Source of the DNA: Patescibacteria group bacterium
Lineage (GTDB): Bacteria; Patescibacteriota; Minisyncoccia; Phycocordibacterales; UBA9973
Direction of reading: 5' to 3'
DNA length: 64,000 nucleotides
Assembly (NCBI GenBank): GCA_038061755.1
Contig: JBBTYN010000002.1
Coordinates: 15,312 to 79,311 of the forward strand
The translations under genes and the position numbers were made by a program. Shown here in pieces: positions 46,919-56,327 of the stretch. Each line of letters begins with the position of its first letter. Within the stretch, counting starts at the first letter, position 1. The notes beneath the pieces were generated by a model, which made no database searches, was not told the DNA's origin, and worked only from the letters and a program-made list of their open reading frames with translations.

Positions 46919-48232
46919 ATGAAAAAGATACTTGCAACAGCAGTACTAATGATGTTTGTATTAGTAGGATGCGATGGCAGAGAAACGACATCGGCACCGA
47001 CACCGACAGATCCAACGCCACAGGCAACATTGGTTTCTATCAGCGTTACTCCGAGCAACCCGACCATAATGGTCGGGGCGACACAACAGTTCATTGCTAT
47101 CGGGGCATATTCCGACAGCACGACACAAAATCTGACGGTCTCCGCAACTTGGAGCTCGCCGGACACAGGCAAGGCGACAATTTCGTCAGGCGGACTGGCC
47201 ACAGCAGTAACTACCGGATTGGTAACAATTACGGCGACGTCAGGCAGTGTTTCGGGAACAGCTACATTGACGGTAGTAACCGTAACGTCACCGCCAGCTC
47301 CATATACAGCTCCGTCTGGTTGGTCACTTAGTCAAGTAACAACAGACGGAGCCAGTATTATTACTACGGGATCAAATGTATCCGGCGCAACCGCAATAGC
47401 TTTCAATAGCGATGGAACGATCAAGTGGCAAAAAAGTGAGCCTGGGACTTACGGAAAGTCCAAGGCAACTGGTGACTACACTTATGTTACCAGAACATAC
47501 CAAACCGGAATTGACTACAATTCCAGCACATCTATCGAGAAGATCAATAACTTGACAGGCGAAATAGTATCTACTGTTGTTGTGGGCACACAAACAGACC
47601 CCAATGGAGCAGCAGCTTCTTATTTAGGCTCGTTTGCAACCAGCACCAACGCAGTGTACGTCGCAGGAAGCGACGGCAATGGTTCGACAATCAAAATCTC
47701 CAAACTTGATTTGTCGTTAACCAACAAGACCTTTTTGTTGGGATACAAAAGTAGCGACTTAAGGGACATGGGAACAGTTGAAAGAAGCACGTCGTTCGGA
47801 AATTATTTTTATAGTATAAGCTCAGGCAGTATTGATGCTTATACATTAGACGGCGTGTATTTCGGGTACACCCTTGCTCTTCCTGGAGCAGAGTTCGTCA
47901 ACACCCTCCACAAAGGCAATGTGCAGTATGTATCAGGCTTACAAGCCGGAACAGCCTACGTCTGGGTTTATAAAGACGGAGACCTGCAAAACAGCTTCCC
48001 CTTGGGCACAGGATCTGCCGAAGGAATGGATTTCGGTCCTGATGGCGAAATGTATGTAGCCATCAGTGGAGGAGTCGGTCCAGTCAGGATTGATCACACC
48101 ACCGGCACCATAGCCTGGACCGGCACTACTGCCGGGCACTCAGTTGCTTACCTGAATGGCAAAATCTACGTCGCCACAGGAGGCAACAAAATTGAGGTAT
48201 TTGACGCCATAACAGGAGGTAAAATTAATTGA
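46919..48232 (+). CDS. Lipoprotein with Big_2 (bacterial Ig-like) domain and beta-propeller-like C-terminal region; about 50% GC, likely horizontally acquired
   Basis: Lipobox LVGC; ATLVSISVTPSNPTIMVGATQQFIAIGAYSD...TITATSGSVSGTATLTV Big_2 signature; strong SD AAAGGAGG; GC far above flanking DNA. Confidence 0.6.
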   Translation: MKKILATAVLMMFVLVGCDGRETTSAPTPTDPTPQATLVSISVTPSNPTIMVGATQQFIAIGAYSDSTTQNLTVSATWSSPDTGKATISSGGLATAVTTGLVTITATSGSVSGTATLTVVTVTSPPAPYTAPSGWSLSQVTTDGASIITTGSNVSGATAIAFNSDGTIKWQKSEPGTYGKSKATGDYTYVTRTYQTGIDYNSSTSIEKINNLTGEIVSTVVVGTQTDPNGAAASYLGSFATSTNAVYVAGSDGNGSTIKISKLDLSLTNKTFLLGYKSSDLRDMGTVERSTSFGNYFYSISSGSIDAYTLDGVYFGYTLALPGAEFVNTLHKGNVQYVSGLQAGTAYVWVYKDGDLQNSFPLGTGSAEGMDFGPDGEMYVAISGGVGPVRIDHTTGTIAWTGTTAGHSVAYLNGKIYVATGGNKIEVFDAITGGKIN

Positions 48233-48248
48233 TAGAATCATCAAGCTC

Positions 48249-48293
48249 ATAGCCCATCTTCAACAAAGTTGAAGATGGGCTATCTTTATTTTA
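48249..48293 (+). terminator. Rho-independent terminator
   Basis: Perfect 16-bp stem ATAGCCCATCTTCAAC-AAA-GTTGAAGATGGGCTAT then CTTTATTTT. Confidence 0.8.
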
Positions 48294-48315
48294 ATTTAAG
48301 GCACAAAAGACCTTT

Positions 48316-48930
48316 TTACGCTAAAAATTCTTTAACTTTTTCTTGAAAGAAAACTTGCATGTTTGTTTTTGATTGTTGTTTCTGAAGCCAGATAATCGCT
48401 TCATCGTCTAAATCCTCTGGTGATGTTAACTGCTCGCAAAACAATCTATCATTAAAAGTGTCATTATATTTTTCTTTTGCATCTAAAATTAGTGTTTCTA
48501 AGGTTGCATGTTTTTCAAAAAGAATAAAATATAAATCAACATAATCCTTAAAAGATCGCCTACGTCCAATGGTATAGGCTTTCATAGAAGCAATATCTAA
48601 AACAGAAGCTAGCGGTACAATGTTTGTATCAATAGTTTTATATTTCAAAATGAATGGATAATGCAAAAAAGTCATCTTAACATTTTCCACCATCAAAGTA
48701 AGTTCATTTTTTGTATTTACTAAAACAGAAACGGAATTGAATTTTTCTTCAATTTTTACAACTAAAGTTTTCTTAATAGGGTCGGGTGAAAAAAAATCTA
48801 AATCAACAGAAATACGATGCCCTATTTGTAAAGCTAGAGCTGTGCCTCCAGCTAAATAAAAATTATCACGCAAAAAACCACACATATCCCAAACCTTTTT
48901 TGTTTCTTGATTTAATGATTCGTAATGCAT
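48316..48930 (-). CDS. AbiEii/AbiGii-family nucleotidyltransferase (type IV toxin-antitoxin toxin-like)
   Basis: FYLAGGTALALQIGHRISVDLDFF N-terminal NTase motif characteristic of DUF1814/AbiEii. Confidence 0.6.
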   Translation of the reverse strand: MHYESLNQETKKVWDMCGFLRDNFYLAGGTALALQIGHRISVDLDFFSPDPIKKTLVVKIEEKFNSVSVLVNTKNELTLMVENVKMTFLHYPFILKYKTIDTNIVPLASVLDIASMKAYTIGRRRSFKDYVDLYFILFEKHATLETLILDAKEKYNDTFNDRLFCEQLTSPEDLDDEAIIWLQKQQSKTNMQVFFQEKVKEFLA

Positions 48931-48941
48931 ATTTTTTTAAC

Positions 48942-49211
48942 TTAAACAAACATCATACGCGCTAATTTTATGGCAGAAGGTCTGACAGCTGAAACAGAAA
49001 TATTATTGAGAACTTTTTTGACTTCCGGAATACCATAAAAGAATTTTATCCAACGCCAATGCTCAAAATTGCCATATAAAATGGTATTTGTAATAATTGT
49101 ATTTTTCATCTTTATGGGATCACATTTTTCAAAATCATATGACCATAATATAGACTTAAAATTATTAGGTATTTTATTCATATATACATTATAACATAAT
49201 TTAGATTGCAT
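48942..49211 (-). CDS. hypothetical small protein, possible cognate partner of AbiEii-like gene
   Basis: 89-aa ORF 11 nt upstream of and co-directional with NTase gene; no motif recognised. Confidence 0.3.
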   Translation of the reverse strand: MQSKLCYNVYMNKIPNNFKSILWSYDFEKCDPIKMKNTIITNTILYGNFEHWRWIKFFYGIPEVKKVLNNISVSAVRPSAIKLARMMFV

Positions 49212-49245
49212 TTAAATAGCACTTATGATATTGTTTTCATGTATG

Positions 49246-49271
49246 AGTCCTGTAGCAACAGGGCTTTTTTT
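49246..49271 (+). promoter_or_regulatory. Terminator-like hairpin in nusA leader (putative attenuator), followed by GC-rich structured segment 49290..49375
   Basis: AGTCCTGT-AGCA-ACAGGGCT + T7; then CCGCGTCCTAAAGGACTTACGCGG and CACGACGTG hairpins before nusA ATG at 49378. Confidence 0.5.
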
Positions 49272-49377
49272 AATAAAACTTAATAAAAATTGCGTCGCGT
49301 TTTGGCCGCGTCCTAAAGGACTTACGCGGCATGATTCCGCAGAATCAACAATTACACGACGTGATTTCGCAAAATCA

Positions 49378-50514
49378 ATGTTAGATATAAAAACATTCAA
49401 ATCAGCTTTAGAACAATTGGAAGAAGAACGAAAAATTCCAAAAGCAAAAATACTAGAAGCAATAGAGCAAGCGATGGCCGCGGCTTATAAAAAAGATTAC
49501 GGAAAAAAAGGACAAATTGTTCGAGCCAAGTTTGATATGGAGACTGGAAAAACAGATTTCTTCCAAATAAAAATCGTGGTAGATGAAAGTATTGCTATAA
49601 TAGATGCAGATGATGAGTCAATTACAGGTGATGACGAACGTGTGCATTTTAATTCCGAGCATCACATCCTTCTCGAAGACGCAAAAAAAATAAAAAAGGG
49701 GGTAGAACTTAATGATGAAATTATTTTCCCATTAGAACAAAAAGATGATTATGGACGCATTGCCGCGCAGACCGCCAAGCAAGTCATCATCCAAAAAATT
49801 CGTGAAGCAGAACGCACTTCTATCATAGACGAATACGGCACTAAAGAAGGAGAAGTTATTTCTGGCATAGTTCAAAAAGTAGAACGAGGAAATGTTTATG
49901 TTGATTTCAATAGAGCGACAGGAATATTGCCTACTGAAGAACAAATTCCAGGAGAATACTGGACCCGAGGACAAAGAATCCGAGCTTACCTTTATAGTGT
50001 GGAAGACACGCATCGAGGTATAAACTTGCGTCTTTCTCGGACTCATCCTAAATTTGTAGAAAAACTTTTTGCCATAGAAGCGCCAGAAATAGAAAATGGC
50101 GTAGTGGAAATAAAATCTATCGCTCGTGAAGCAGGCGCCCGTTCAAAAATCGCGGTTTATTCAAACGATGAACACATCGACCCAGTAGGTTCTTGTGTTG
50201 GACAAAAAGGAACTCGAGTAAACACTATTACCACAGAACTTTCTGGAGAAAAAATTGACATAATTCCTTGGTCCGAAAATCCTACCCAATTTGTTTCTAA
50301 TTCTCTTTCCCCAGCAAAAGTTATTTCAATTGTTATAGACGAAAAAGAACACAAGGCAATTGTAGAAGTGGCAAATGACCAGCTATCCCTCGCTATCGGC
50401 AAAGGTGGACAAAATGTGCGCCTTGCAGCCAAACTCACTGGATGGAGAATAGATATTAAGGGTGATGAAAAAATTGTTGAAAGTGAAGTTAAAAAAAGTG
50501 AAGTTGTAGAGTAA
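49378..50514 (+). CDS. nusA: Transcription termination/antitermination factor NusA
   Basis: N-terminal domain, S1 and two KH domains (GSCVGQKGTRVNTI, LAIGKGGQNVRLA). Start set at MLDIKTF; the ORF-track upstream extension is the leader. Confidence 0.85.
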   Translation: MLDIKTFKSALEQLEEERKIPKAKILEAIEQAMAAAYKKDYGKKGQIVRAKFDMETGKTDFFQIKIVVDESIAIIDADDESITGDDERVHFNSEHHILLEDAKKIKKGVELNDEIIFPLEQKDDYGRIAAQTAKQVIIQKIREAERTSIIDEYGTKEGEVISGIVQKVERGNVYVDFNRATGILPTEEQIPGEYWTRGQRIRAYLYSVEDTHRGINLRLSRTHPKFVEKLFAIEAPEIENGVVEIKSIAREAGARSKIAVYSNDEHIDPVGSCVGQKGTRVNTITTELSGEKIDIIPWSENPTQFVSNSLSPAKVISIVIDEKEHKAIVEVANDQLSLAIGKGGQNVRLAAKLTGWRIDIKGDEKIVESEVKKSEVVE

Positions 50515-50540
50515 AATTTATTATTAGTTAAAAATCAAAT

Positions 50541-52565
50541 ATGAATCAATTTTTATTGTTTGCAATCATTAGTTCATTTGTGGCTATTGTTTACGGTTTG
50601 TTTCTAGCTAAATCAATATTAAAAAAGAGTCCCGGGAATACCCGTATGCAAGAAATTGCTAAAGCGATTCAAGAAGGGGCTAGCGCTTATTTAAATAAAC
50701 AATATAAAACAATCAGTATTATTGCTGTAATACTTTTCTTTATTATTGGCTTTGTACCAAAACTCGGATGGACTATGGCTTTTGGATTTTTAGTTGGAGC
50801 TGTTTTTTCTGCTTTGGCAGGATATATAGGTATGAATGTGTCAGTCAGAGCGAATGTCAGAACAACAGAAGCTGCCAGAAGTGGAATAAATGAAGCCCTT
50901 TCTCTCGCTTTCAAAGGCGGCACAGTGACTGGACTTTTAGTAGTTGGACTTGCCTTGCTTGGAGTGACTGCTTTTTATGCAATTACAAAAGATGTTACTG
51001 CGCTTATCGGACTTGGTTTCGGCGCTTCACTTATTTCAATTTTTGCAAGATTGGGCGGAGGAATTTTTACCAAAGCAGCTGATGTCGGAGCAGACCTCGT
51101 CGGTAAACTTGAAGCAGGAATTCCAGAAGATGATCCAAGAAATCCAGGAGTTATCGCAGATAATGTAGGAGACAATGTCGGAGATTGCGCTGGTATGGCC
51201 GCTGATTTATTTGAAACTTATGCTGTTACCTCAGTTGCGACGATGCTTTTAGGCTCGCTTCTTTTTGTCGGATTTGAAAATGCAATTTTATATCCGCTCG
51301 TAATTGGTGGAATGGCAATATTTGCATCTATCATCGGTACTTGGTTTGTACGCTTAGGCAAGAGTGAAGGTAAGAATCAAAACATTATGGGCGCTCTATA
51401 TAAAGGCCTTATCGCCTCCGGTGTTATTGCTGCTGCCCTATTTTACCCTGTTACAAAATTACTCATGGCAGGAAATGGCAAATATGAAGTAATGGATTTA
51501 TTTATTTGCTCTCTTGTTGGTCTTTTTGTTACTGGAGCGCTTGTTGTCATCACAGAATATTTTACTTCTACAAAATACTATCCTGTAAAATCTATTGCCG
51601 AAGCATCAATTTCTGGTCATGGCACAAATGTTATTCAAGGTTTGGCTATCTCAATGAAATCTACTGCTCTTCCTTTAATTACAATAGTTTTAGGAATTTT
51701 AATTAGTTACAGCTATGGTGGACTTTATGGAATCGCAGTGGCTGCAATGTCTATGCTTTCAATGACAGGAATTATTGTGGCCATAGATGCCTATGGTCCT
51801 ATCACAGACAATGCGGGAGGTATCGCAGAAATGGCAGAACTTCCAGAATCAGTTCGCAATGTAACTGATCCATTAGATGCCGTAGGAAATACAACAAAAG
51901 CTGTCACAAAAGGTTATGCTATCGGTTCTGCAGGTTTAGCCGCTCTTGTTCTTTTTGCCTCTTATACAGAAGAAATTGTAAAAGCTGGAAAAAGTATCAG
52001 TTTTGATTTGAGTAATCCATATGTAATTATTGGACTCTTTTTAGGAGGACTTCTTCCTTATTATTTTGGTGCGCTTTGTATGGAAGCAGTAGGAAAAACT
52101 GCTGGAAAAGTGGTAGAAGAAATTCGCAGACAATTTAGAGAAATAAAAGGAATTATGGAAGGCACTGCAAAACCAGACTACGCAAAAGCTGTTTCAATTA
52201 TTACTGGCGCTGCTATCAAGCAAATGATCTTGCCTGCCCTCATACCAGTTCTTGCGCCAATTTTAGTGATTATTCTTTTTGGAAAAGAAAAAGGTTTTGT
52301 GGTTTTAGGAGGTCTTCTTGTTGGCTCTATCATTACAGGACTTTTCGTCGCAATTTCAATGACCTCAGGTGGAGGCGCATGGGACAATGCAAAGAAACAT
52401 ATAGAACAAGGCAACCACGGAGGAAAAGGTAGCGATGCTCACAAAGCTGCCGTTACTGGTGACACCGTCGGAGATCCTTATAAAGATACAGCCGGTCCTG
52501 CTATCAACCCTATGATAAAAATCTTAAATATAGTTGCATTGCTTTTAGTTATTTTATTAATCTAG
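50541..52565 (+). CDS. hppA: Membrane-bound H+/Na+-translocating pyrophosphatase
   Basis: [27 protein letters not shown], 15-16 TM helices. Confidence 0.92.
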   Translation: MNQFLLFAIISSFVAIVYGLFLAKSILKKSPGNTRMQEIAKAIQEGASAYLNKQYKTISIIAVILFFIIGFVPKLGWTMAFGFLVGAVFSALAGYIGMNVSVRANVRTTEAARSGINEALSLAFKGGTVTGLLVVGLALLGVTAFYAITKDVTALIGLGFGASLISIFARLGGGIFTKAADVGADLVGKLEAGIPEDDPRNPGVIADNVGDNVGDCAGMAADLFETYAVTSVATMLLGSLLFVGFENAILYPLVIGGMAIFASIIGTWFVRLGKSEGKNQNIMGALYKGLIASGVIAAALFYPVTKLLMAGNGKYEVMDLFICSLVGLFVTGALVVITEYFTSTKYYPVKSIAEASISGHGTNVIQGLAISMKSTALPLITIVLGILISYSYGGLYGIAVAAMSMLSMTGIIVAIDAYGPITDNAGGIAEMAELPESVRNVTDPLDAVGNTTKAVTKGYAIGSAGLAALVLFASYTEEIVKAGKSISFDLSNPYVIIGLFLGGLLPYYFGALCMEAVGKTAGKVVEEIRRQFREIKGIMEGTAKPDYAKAVSIITGAAIKQMILPALIPVLAPILVIILFGKEKGFVVLGGLLVGSIITGLFVAISMTSGGGAWDNAKKHIEQGNHGGKGSDAHKAAVTGDTVGDPYKDTAGPAINPMIKILNIVALLLVILLI

Positions 52566-52694
52566 TTGTAACATTTCTATCTTTACAACGTCATAATTAG
52601 TGTATAATAGACAGGTGTCGAACTTATCTATTATTACTAATTTTACTAATTGTTAATTAATTTGCCCTGCGATAATGTGGGCATAAAAAAATTT

Positions 52695-53561
52695 ATGAAA
52701 AAATATTTGACGTTATTCGTGATTTTCTTGATGGTGTTTGTATTAAGCAATAAAATAGCACGAGCAGAAAATGATATCGATGACTCGTCTAATGACATCA
52801 AAATTGAATCATCTGATGACGAAAACGAAGACAATGATTCTTTGTCTGGCAAAAATAAGGATAAAGACGATGACAACGACGACGACAGTATTAAAGACTC
52901 TTTAGATCAAGACGATGACAACGACGGCATCCTTGATTCAAAAGATTTGAAACCTCTCGACAATGACAACGACGGTGTTAGTGATAAAAAAGATCGAGAC
53001 ACTCAAATTAAAAGAGAAGCTTTGAAGAAAGAATTTGAAGCTAGAAGAGAAGAAATCAAGAAACAAATTAAAGCTATCCGAGAAGAAGCCAAAACTAAAA
53101 TGGAAGCTTTGAGAGAAAGCATCAAGAGCGAAAAAGATGGAGTAAAAGCAAAGATTAAAGACTTGAGAATAAACGGAAGAGAAAAGGCTTTGGTGAGATT
53201 TGACGGAGCTGTAGAGCGAATAAGTAGCTTGAAGGATAAAGTTAACGCTCAAATAGTGAAGCTCGAAGCCAAAGGTGTAAGTGTAGTAGATGCTAAGGCT
53301 TTTGTAGCGACAGCCGAGACAAAATTAGAGAGTGCTAAGACAAAAATTGCAGAAATAAATACTATTCTTGCCGCTTCTGTTGATCAGCTTTCTCTTGAGA
53401 ACAAGACTAAGCTTAGAACATTGGCGCAAGAGACACAGACTTTACTGGTAGAATCTCATCAATCTTTGAAAGATGCGGTTAAATCTTTAAAGGATGAAAT
53501 AAAAACAATGCTTGAAGATTTGAAAAATGCTACAGAAACAGGAAATGAAAGTGCTCAATAA
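52695..53561 (+). CDS. Secreted acidic protein with Asp-rich calcium-binding-like repeats and Lys/Glu-rich coiled-coil
   Basis: Signal peptide MKKYLTLFVIFLMVFVLSNKIARA; DDDNDDD, DQDDDNDGILD, DNDNDGVSD (DxDxDG-type). Confidence 0.4.
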   Translation: MKKYLTLFVIFLMVFVLSNKIARAENDIDDSSNDIKIESSDDENEDNDSLSGKNKDKDDDNDDDSIKDSLDQDDDNDGILDSKDLKPLDNDNDGVSDKKDRDTQIKREALKKEFEARREEIKKQIKAIREEAKTKMEALRESIKSEKDGVKAKIKDLRINGREKALVRFDGAVERISSLKDKVNAQIVKLEAKGVSVVDAKAFVATAETKLESAKTKIAEINTILAASVDQLSLENKTKLRTLAQETQTLLVESHQSLKDAVKSLKDEIKTMLEDLKNATETGNESAQ

Positions 53562-53588
53562 AATTATAAGCTAAATCATAAAAACAAT

Positions 53589-53810
53589 ATGGAACCAGAA
53601 AAAAAATCAAATGGAGCGTTTATAGGATTAGCGATAATAATTATTATCCTTGTTATTGGTGGCATATATGTTTGGCAATCTAAGGTAGACACGGGTGCAT
53701 TAAACAACAGCGCCCTTACTGCCGAAGAAGCAAAAAGTCTAGATACCCTAGACCAAGACTTAAATACTTTGGATACCAATGTTGGCGTCGATGTAAATAC
53801 TCTACAATAA
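53589..53810 (+). CDS. small single-TM protein
   Basis: 73 aa; TM LAIIIIILVIGGIYVW; terminator downstream. Confidence 0.3.
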   Translation: MEPEKKSNGAFIGLAIIIIILVIGGIYVWQSKVDTGALNNSALTAEEAKSLDTLDQDLNTLDTNVGVDVNTLQ

Positions 53811-53834
53811 AGATTCTCATCTTTAATAAGTCTC

Positions 53835-53872
53835 AAAAGCCCTGTCACCTAAAAAGTGGCGGGGTTTTTTGA
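53835..53872 (+). terminator. Rho-independent terminator
   Basis: GCCCTGTCACC-TAAAAA-GTGGCGGGG then TTTTTT. Confidence 0.6.
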
Positions 53873-53904
53873 CAAAAAAGTAAAATAAATATAAACTAAA
53901 AATT

Positions 53905-54960
53905 ATGAAAATAACAGTTAAAAAACTACCTAGAAGTGAAATAGAAATTGAAGGTGAATTGGAAGCAGATATTTTTGAGTCTTATTTTGCAAAGGCTTTA
54001 AAAAAGCTTGGTGAAAATATAAAATTAGATGGATTTAGGAAAGGAAAAGTACCAGAAAATGTAATGCTATCAAACATCCCAGAAATTACTATCTTGGAAG
54101 AAATGGCAGAGATGGCGCTAGGAGAATATTATCCAAAAATTTTAAAAGATGAAAAAATAGATGCAATTGGTCGCCCAGAAATTTCTATTATTAAATTGGC
54201 GCGTAAAAATCCATTAGGTTTTAAAATCAAAACTGCCGTCTTGCCAGAAATAAAACTTCCCGACTATAAAAACATCTCTAAAAAAATAGTAGGAGATATT
54301 ACTGATGCTGAGAAAAATGTTATTGTCTCTAATGAAGATTTGGAAAATACAATAATGGACATTCGCAAATCTCGCGCGCCCAAGGTACACATGGCGGAGC
54401 ATAAACACAAAGAAGGCAAAGAACATGTTCATCCAGAGCCGGAGCTTCCCGAGCTCAATAATGCCTTCGTTCAAGCGTTAGGTCCCTTTAAAGATGTAGA
54501 AGATTTCAAAAATAAGCTTAAAGAAAATATAAAACTAGAAAAAGAAAATCAACAGAAAGAAAAAACGAGATTAAAAATTGTTGAGGAAATAGTAGAAAAT
54601 AGTAAAATGGATTTGCCAGAGATTTTAATTAAAGTTGAATTGGATAAAATTTTATATCGCATGGAATCCGATATCACTCAAATGGGATTAAAGTTTGAAG
54701 ATTATTTGAAACATCTGAATAAAACAAAAGAAGATTTGAAAAAAGAATTTAGAATTGATGCAGAGAAAAAAGCCAAACTCGCTCTGATTTTAAATGAAAT
54801 AGCAAAAGCAGAAAAAATAGAGGCCGACCCAGAACAAGTAGCAAACGAAGTAGCCGCAATTTTGGAACATTACAAAGACGCAGATCCAGAACGCGCCCAA
54901 ATGCACGCCGAAAACGTTCTAACTAACGAAAAAATTTTTCAGTTTCTAGAGAGCCAGTAG
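53905..54960 (+). CDS. tig: Trigger factor (short, His-rich insertion, apparently no PPIase domain)
   Basis: N-terminal ribosome-binding domain with GFRKGKVP signature; C-terminal arm domain. Confidence 0.7.
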   Translation: MKITVKKLPRSEIEIEGELEADIFESYFAKALKKLGENIKLDGFRKGKVPENVMLSNIPEITILEEMAEMALGEYYPKILKDEKIDAIGRPEISIIKLARKNPLGFKIKTAVLPEIKLPDYKNISKKIVGDITDAEKNVIVSNEDLENTIMDIRKSRAPKVHMAEHKHKEGKEHVHPEPELPELNNAFVQALGPFKDVEDFKNKLKENIKLEKENQQKEKTRLKIVEEIVENSKMDLPEILIKVELDKILYRMESDITQMGLKFEDYLKHLNKTKEDLKKEFRIDAEKKAKLALILNEIAKAEKIEADPEQVANEVAAILEHYKDADPERAQMHAENVLTNEKIFQFLESQ

Positions 54961-54963
54961 ATT

Positions 54964-54984
54964 TTCCTCCCCTGATAAGGGGAG
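54964..54984 (+). terminator. Terminator-like hairpin after tig
   Basis: CCTCCCC-TGATAA-GGGGAGG perfect 7-bp stem. Confidence 0.5.
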
Positions 54985-55056
54985 GTTAGGAGGGGTTGTG
55001 TTTTAAAATGAAATAGAAAGAGCAACCCTCAATCTATCTTCAGAATAGAAGAAGTT

Positions 55057-55124
55057 AAAAAAAAGCAAGGTTGATTATTCACACTTACGAAGATATTTTA
55101 CAAGATCAACTTGCTTCATAAAAA
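55057..55124 (-). terminator. Terminator after hicB-like gene
   Basis: Stem GCAAGTTGAT...ATCAACCTTGC followed by T8 on minus strand. Confidence 0.45.
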
Positions 55125-55125
55125 A

Positions 55126-55353
55126 TTAAGCAAAAACAGCTAAACTTTCTCGTGTGATAAGAGATCTGCCTTCGGATTTTCTTGATAAAAGACGATTAGT
55201 TTCAAGTATAAGCAAAAGTGCTTCTTTTAGATTAGCTTTTGTTTCAGATAATGTTTTGCCTTGAGTATTTACACCAGGAATTTCCTCAATCCATCCAGAA
55301 TACCATTTGCCAGACTTTTTATAAACTGCAGTGAATTTTCGTGATTGCTTCAT
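55126..55353 (-). CDS. HicB-like (UPF0150) antitoxin-family protein, no adjacent HicA recognised
   Basis: KFTAVYKKSGKWYSGWIEEIPGVNTQGKTLSETKANLKEALLLILE matches HicB N-terminal domain. Confidence 0.5.
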   Translation of the reverse strand: MKQSRKFTAVYKKSGKWYSGWIEEIPGVNTQGKTLSETKANLKEALLLILETNRLLSRKSEGRSLITRESLAVFA

Positions 55354-55405
55354 AAGTCTAATATATCAAAACCTAAAACAAATATCAAGAAAATTGTATT
55401 TATTT

Positions 55406-56320
55406 TTACAACCCTAGAGCATAACAAAGAAGCGCCATGCGGACATATAGGCCATTTTGAGCTTGGCGGAAATAAACTGCGCGAGAGTCAGCATCAATTT
55501 CCAAATCAATTTCATTTACTTTTGGAAGCGGATGCATAATAATCGCATCTTTTTTCATATTTTTTAAATATTCTTTCTTGAGAATAAATAAATCTTTTAC
55601 TTTGTTATAAACTTTCGCATTACTAAAACGCTCTTTTTGCACCCGAGTCATATAAAGCACATCAAGTAGAGATAATTTTTCTTCCAAACTTCGCAGTTCT
55701 TCAAAAACTACACCATCATCCTTTAATTCTTTAATATATTCTCTAGGTAATTCTAATTCTTTAGGTGAAATAAAATAAAACTTATTCCTATTATATTGTC
55801 GCAAGAATGGAACTAAAGATTTAAGTGTCCTGCTATTTAACAAATCCCCGCCAAAACCAATATTCAAATTTGTAAGTCGTCCATGCTCCTTTTTTATTGT
55901 ATAAAGATCCAGAAATCCTTGTGTCGGATGCTGGTTTGTCCCATCCCCCGCATTAATAAGCGGTACCGTAGCCACTTTCGCAGCTTTGTCTAAAGTAAAA
56001 GCTTTCGGATGACGGATGACCACCAAATCAACATATGAACAAAGAATTTTTGTAGTATCCTCAATTGTTTCTCCTTTATGAGTGGAAGAATTTTCTGTCG
56101 CATTTTCTGCAGAAACAATTTTCGCTCCCAGCTTAAGCGCTGCCACTTCAAAAGACAACCGAGTTCTAGTTGAAGGCTCAAAAAAAATACAAGCAATAAT
56201 TTTGTCTTTTAGAATTTGCTTAACTTTCTTTTTCTTGCAATCCTCCTCCATGGTGGATGCTCGAGCTAAAATTTTCTCAATTTCAATTTTTTTAAACTGG
56301 TTAGCTGAAATTATATTCAT
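55406..56320 (-). CDS. pyrB: Aspartate carbamoyltransferase catalytic subunit
   Basis: STRTRLSFE, HPTQ, HPLP. Confidence 0.88.
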   Translation of the reverse strand: MNIISANQFKKIEIEKILARASTMEEDCKKKKVKQILKDKIIACIFFEPSTRTRLSFEVAALKLGAKIVSAENATENSSTHKGETIEDTTKILCSYVDLVVIRHPKAFTLDKAAKVATVPLINAGDGTNQHPTQGFLDLYTIKKEHGRLTNLNIGFGGDLLNSRTLKSLVPFLRQYNRNKFYFISPKELELPREYIKELKDDGVVFEELRSLEEKLSLLDVLYMTRVQKERFSNAKVYNKVKDLFILKKEYLKNMKKDAIIMHPLPKVNEIDLEIDADSRAVYFRQAQNGLYVRMALLCYALGL

Positions 56321-56327
56321 GGATTTT

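Noticed and set aside
46870-47331. 153-aa plus-strand ORF and 99-aa minus ORF (46903..47202) overlapping the Big_2 lipoprotein gene
   Set aside because: Alternative-frame and antisense ORFs are expected by chance in a locally high-GC gene. The Big_2 frame has a signal peptide, lipobox and domain signature.
49212-49400. 62-aa minus-strand ORF
   Set aside because: It overlaps the nusA leader and terminator-like hairpin and has no RBS. It is more likely non-coding leader sequence.
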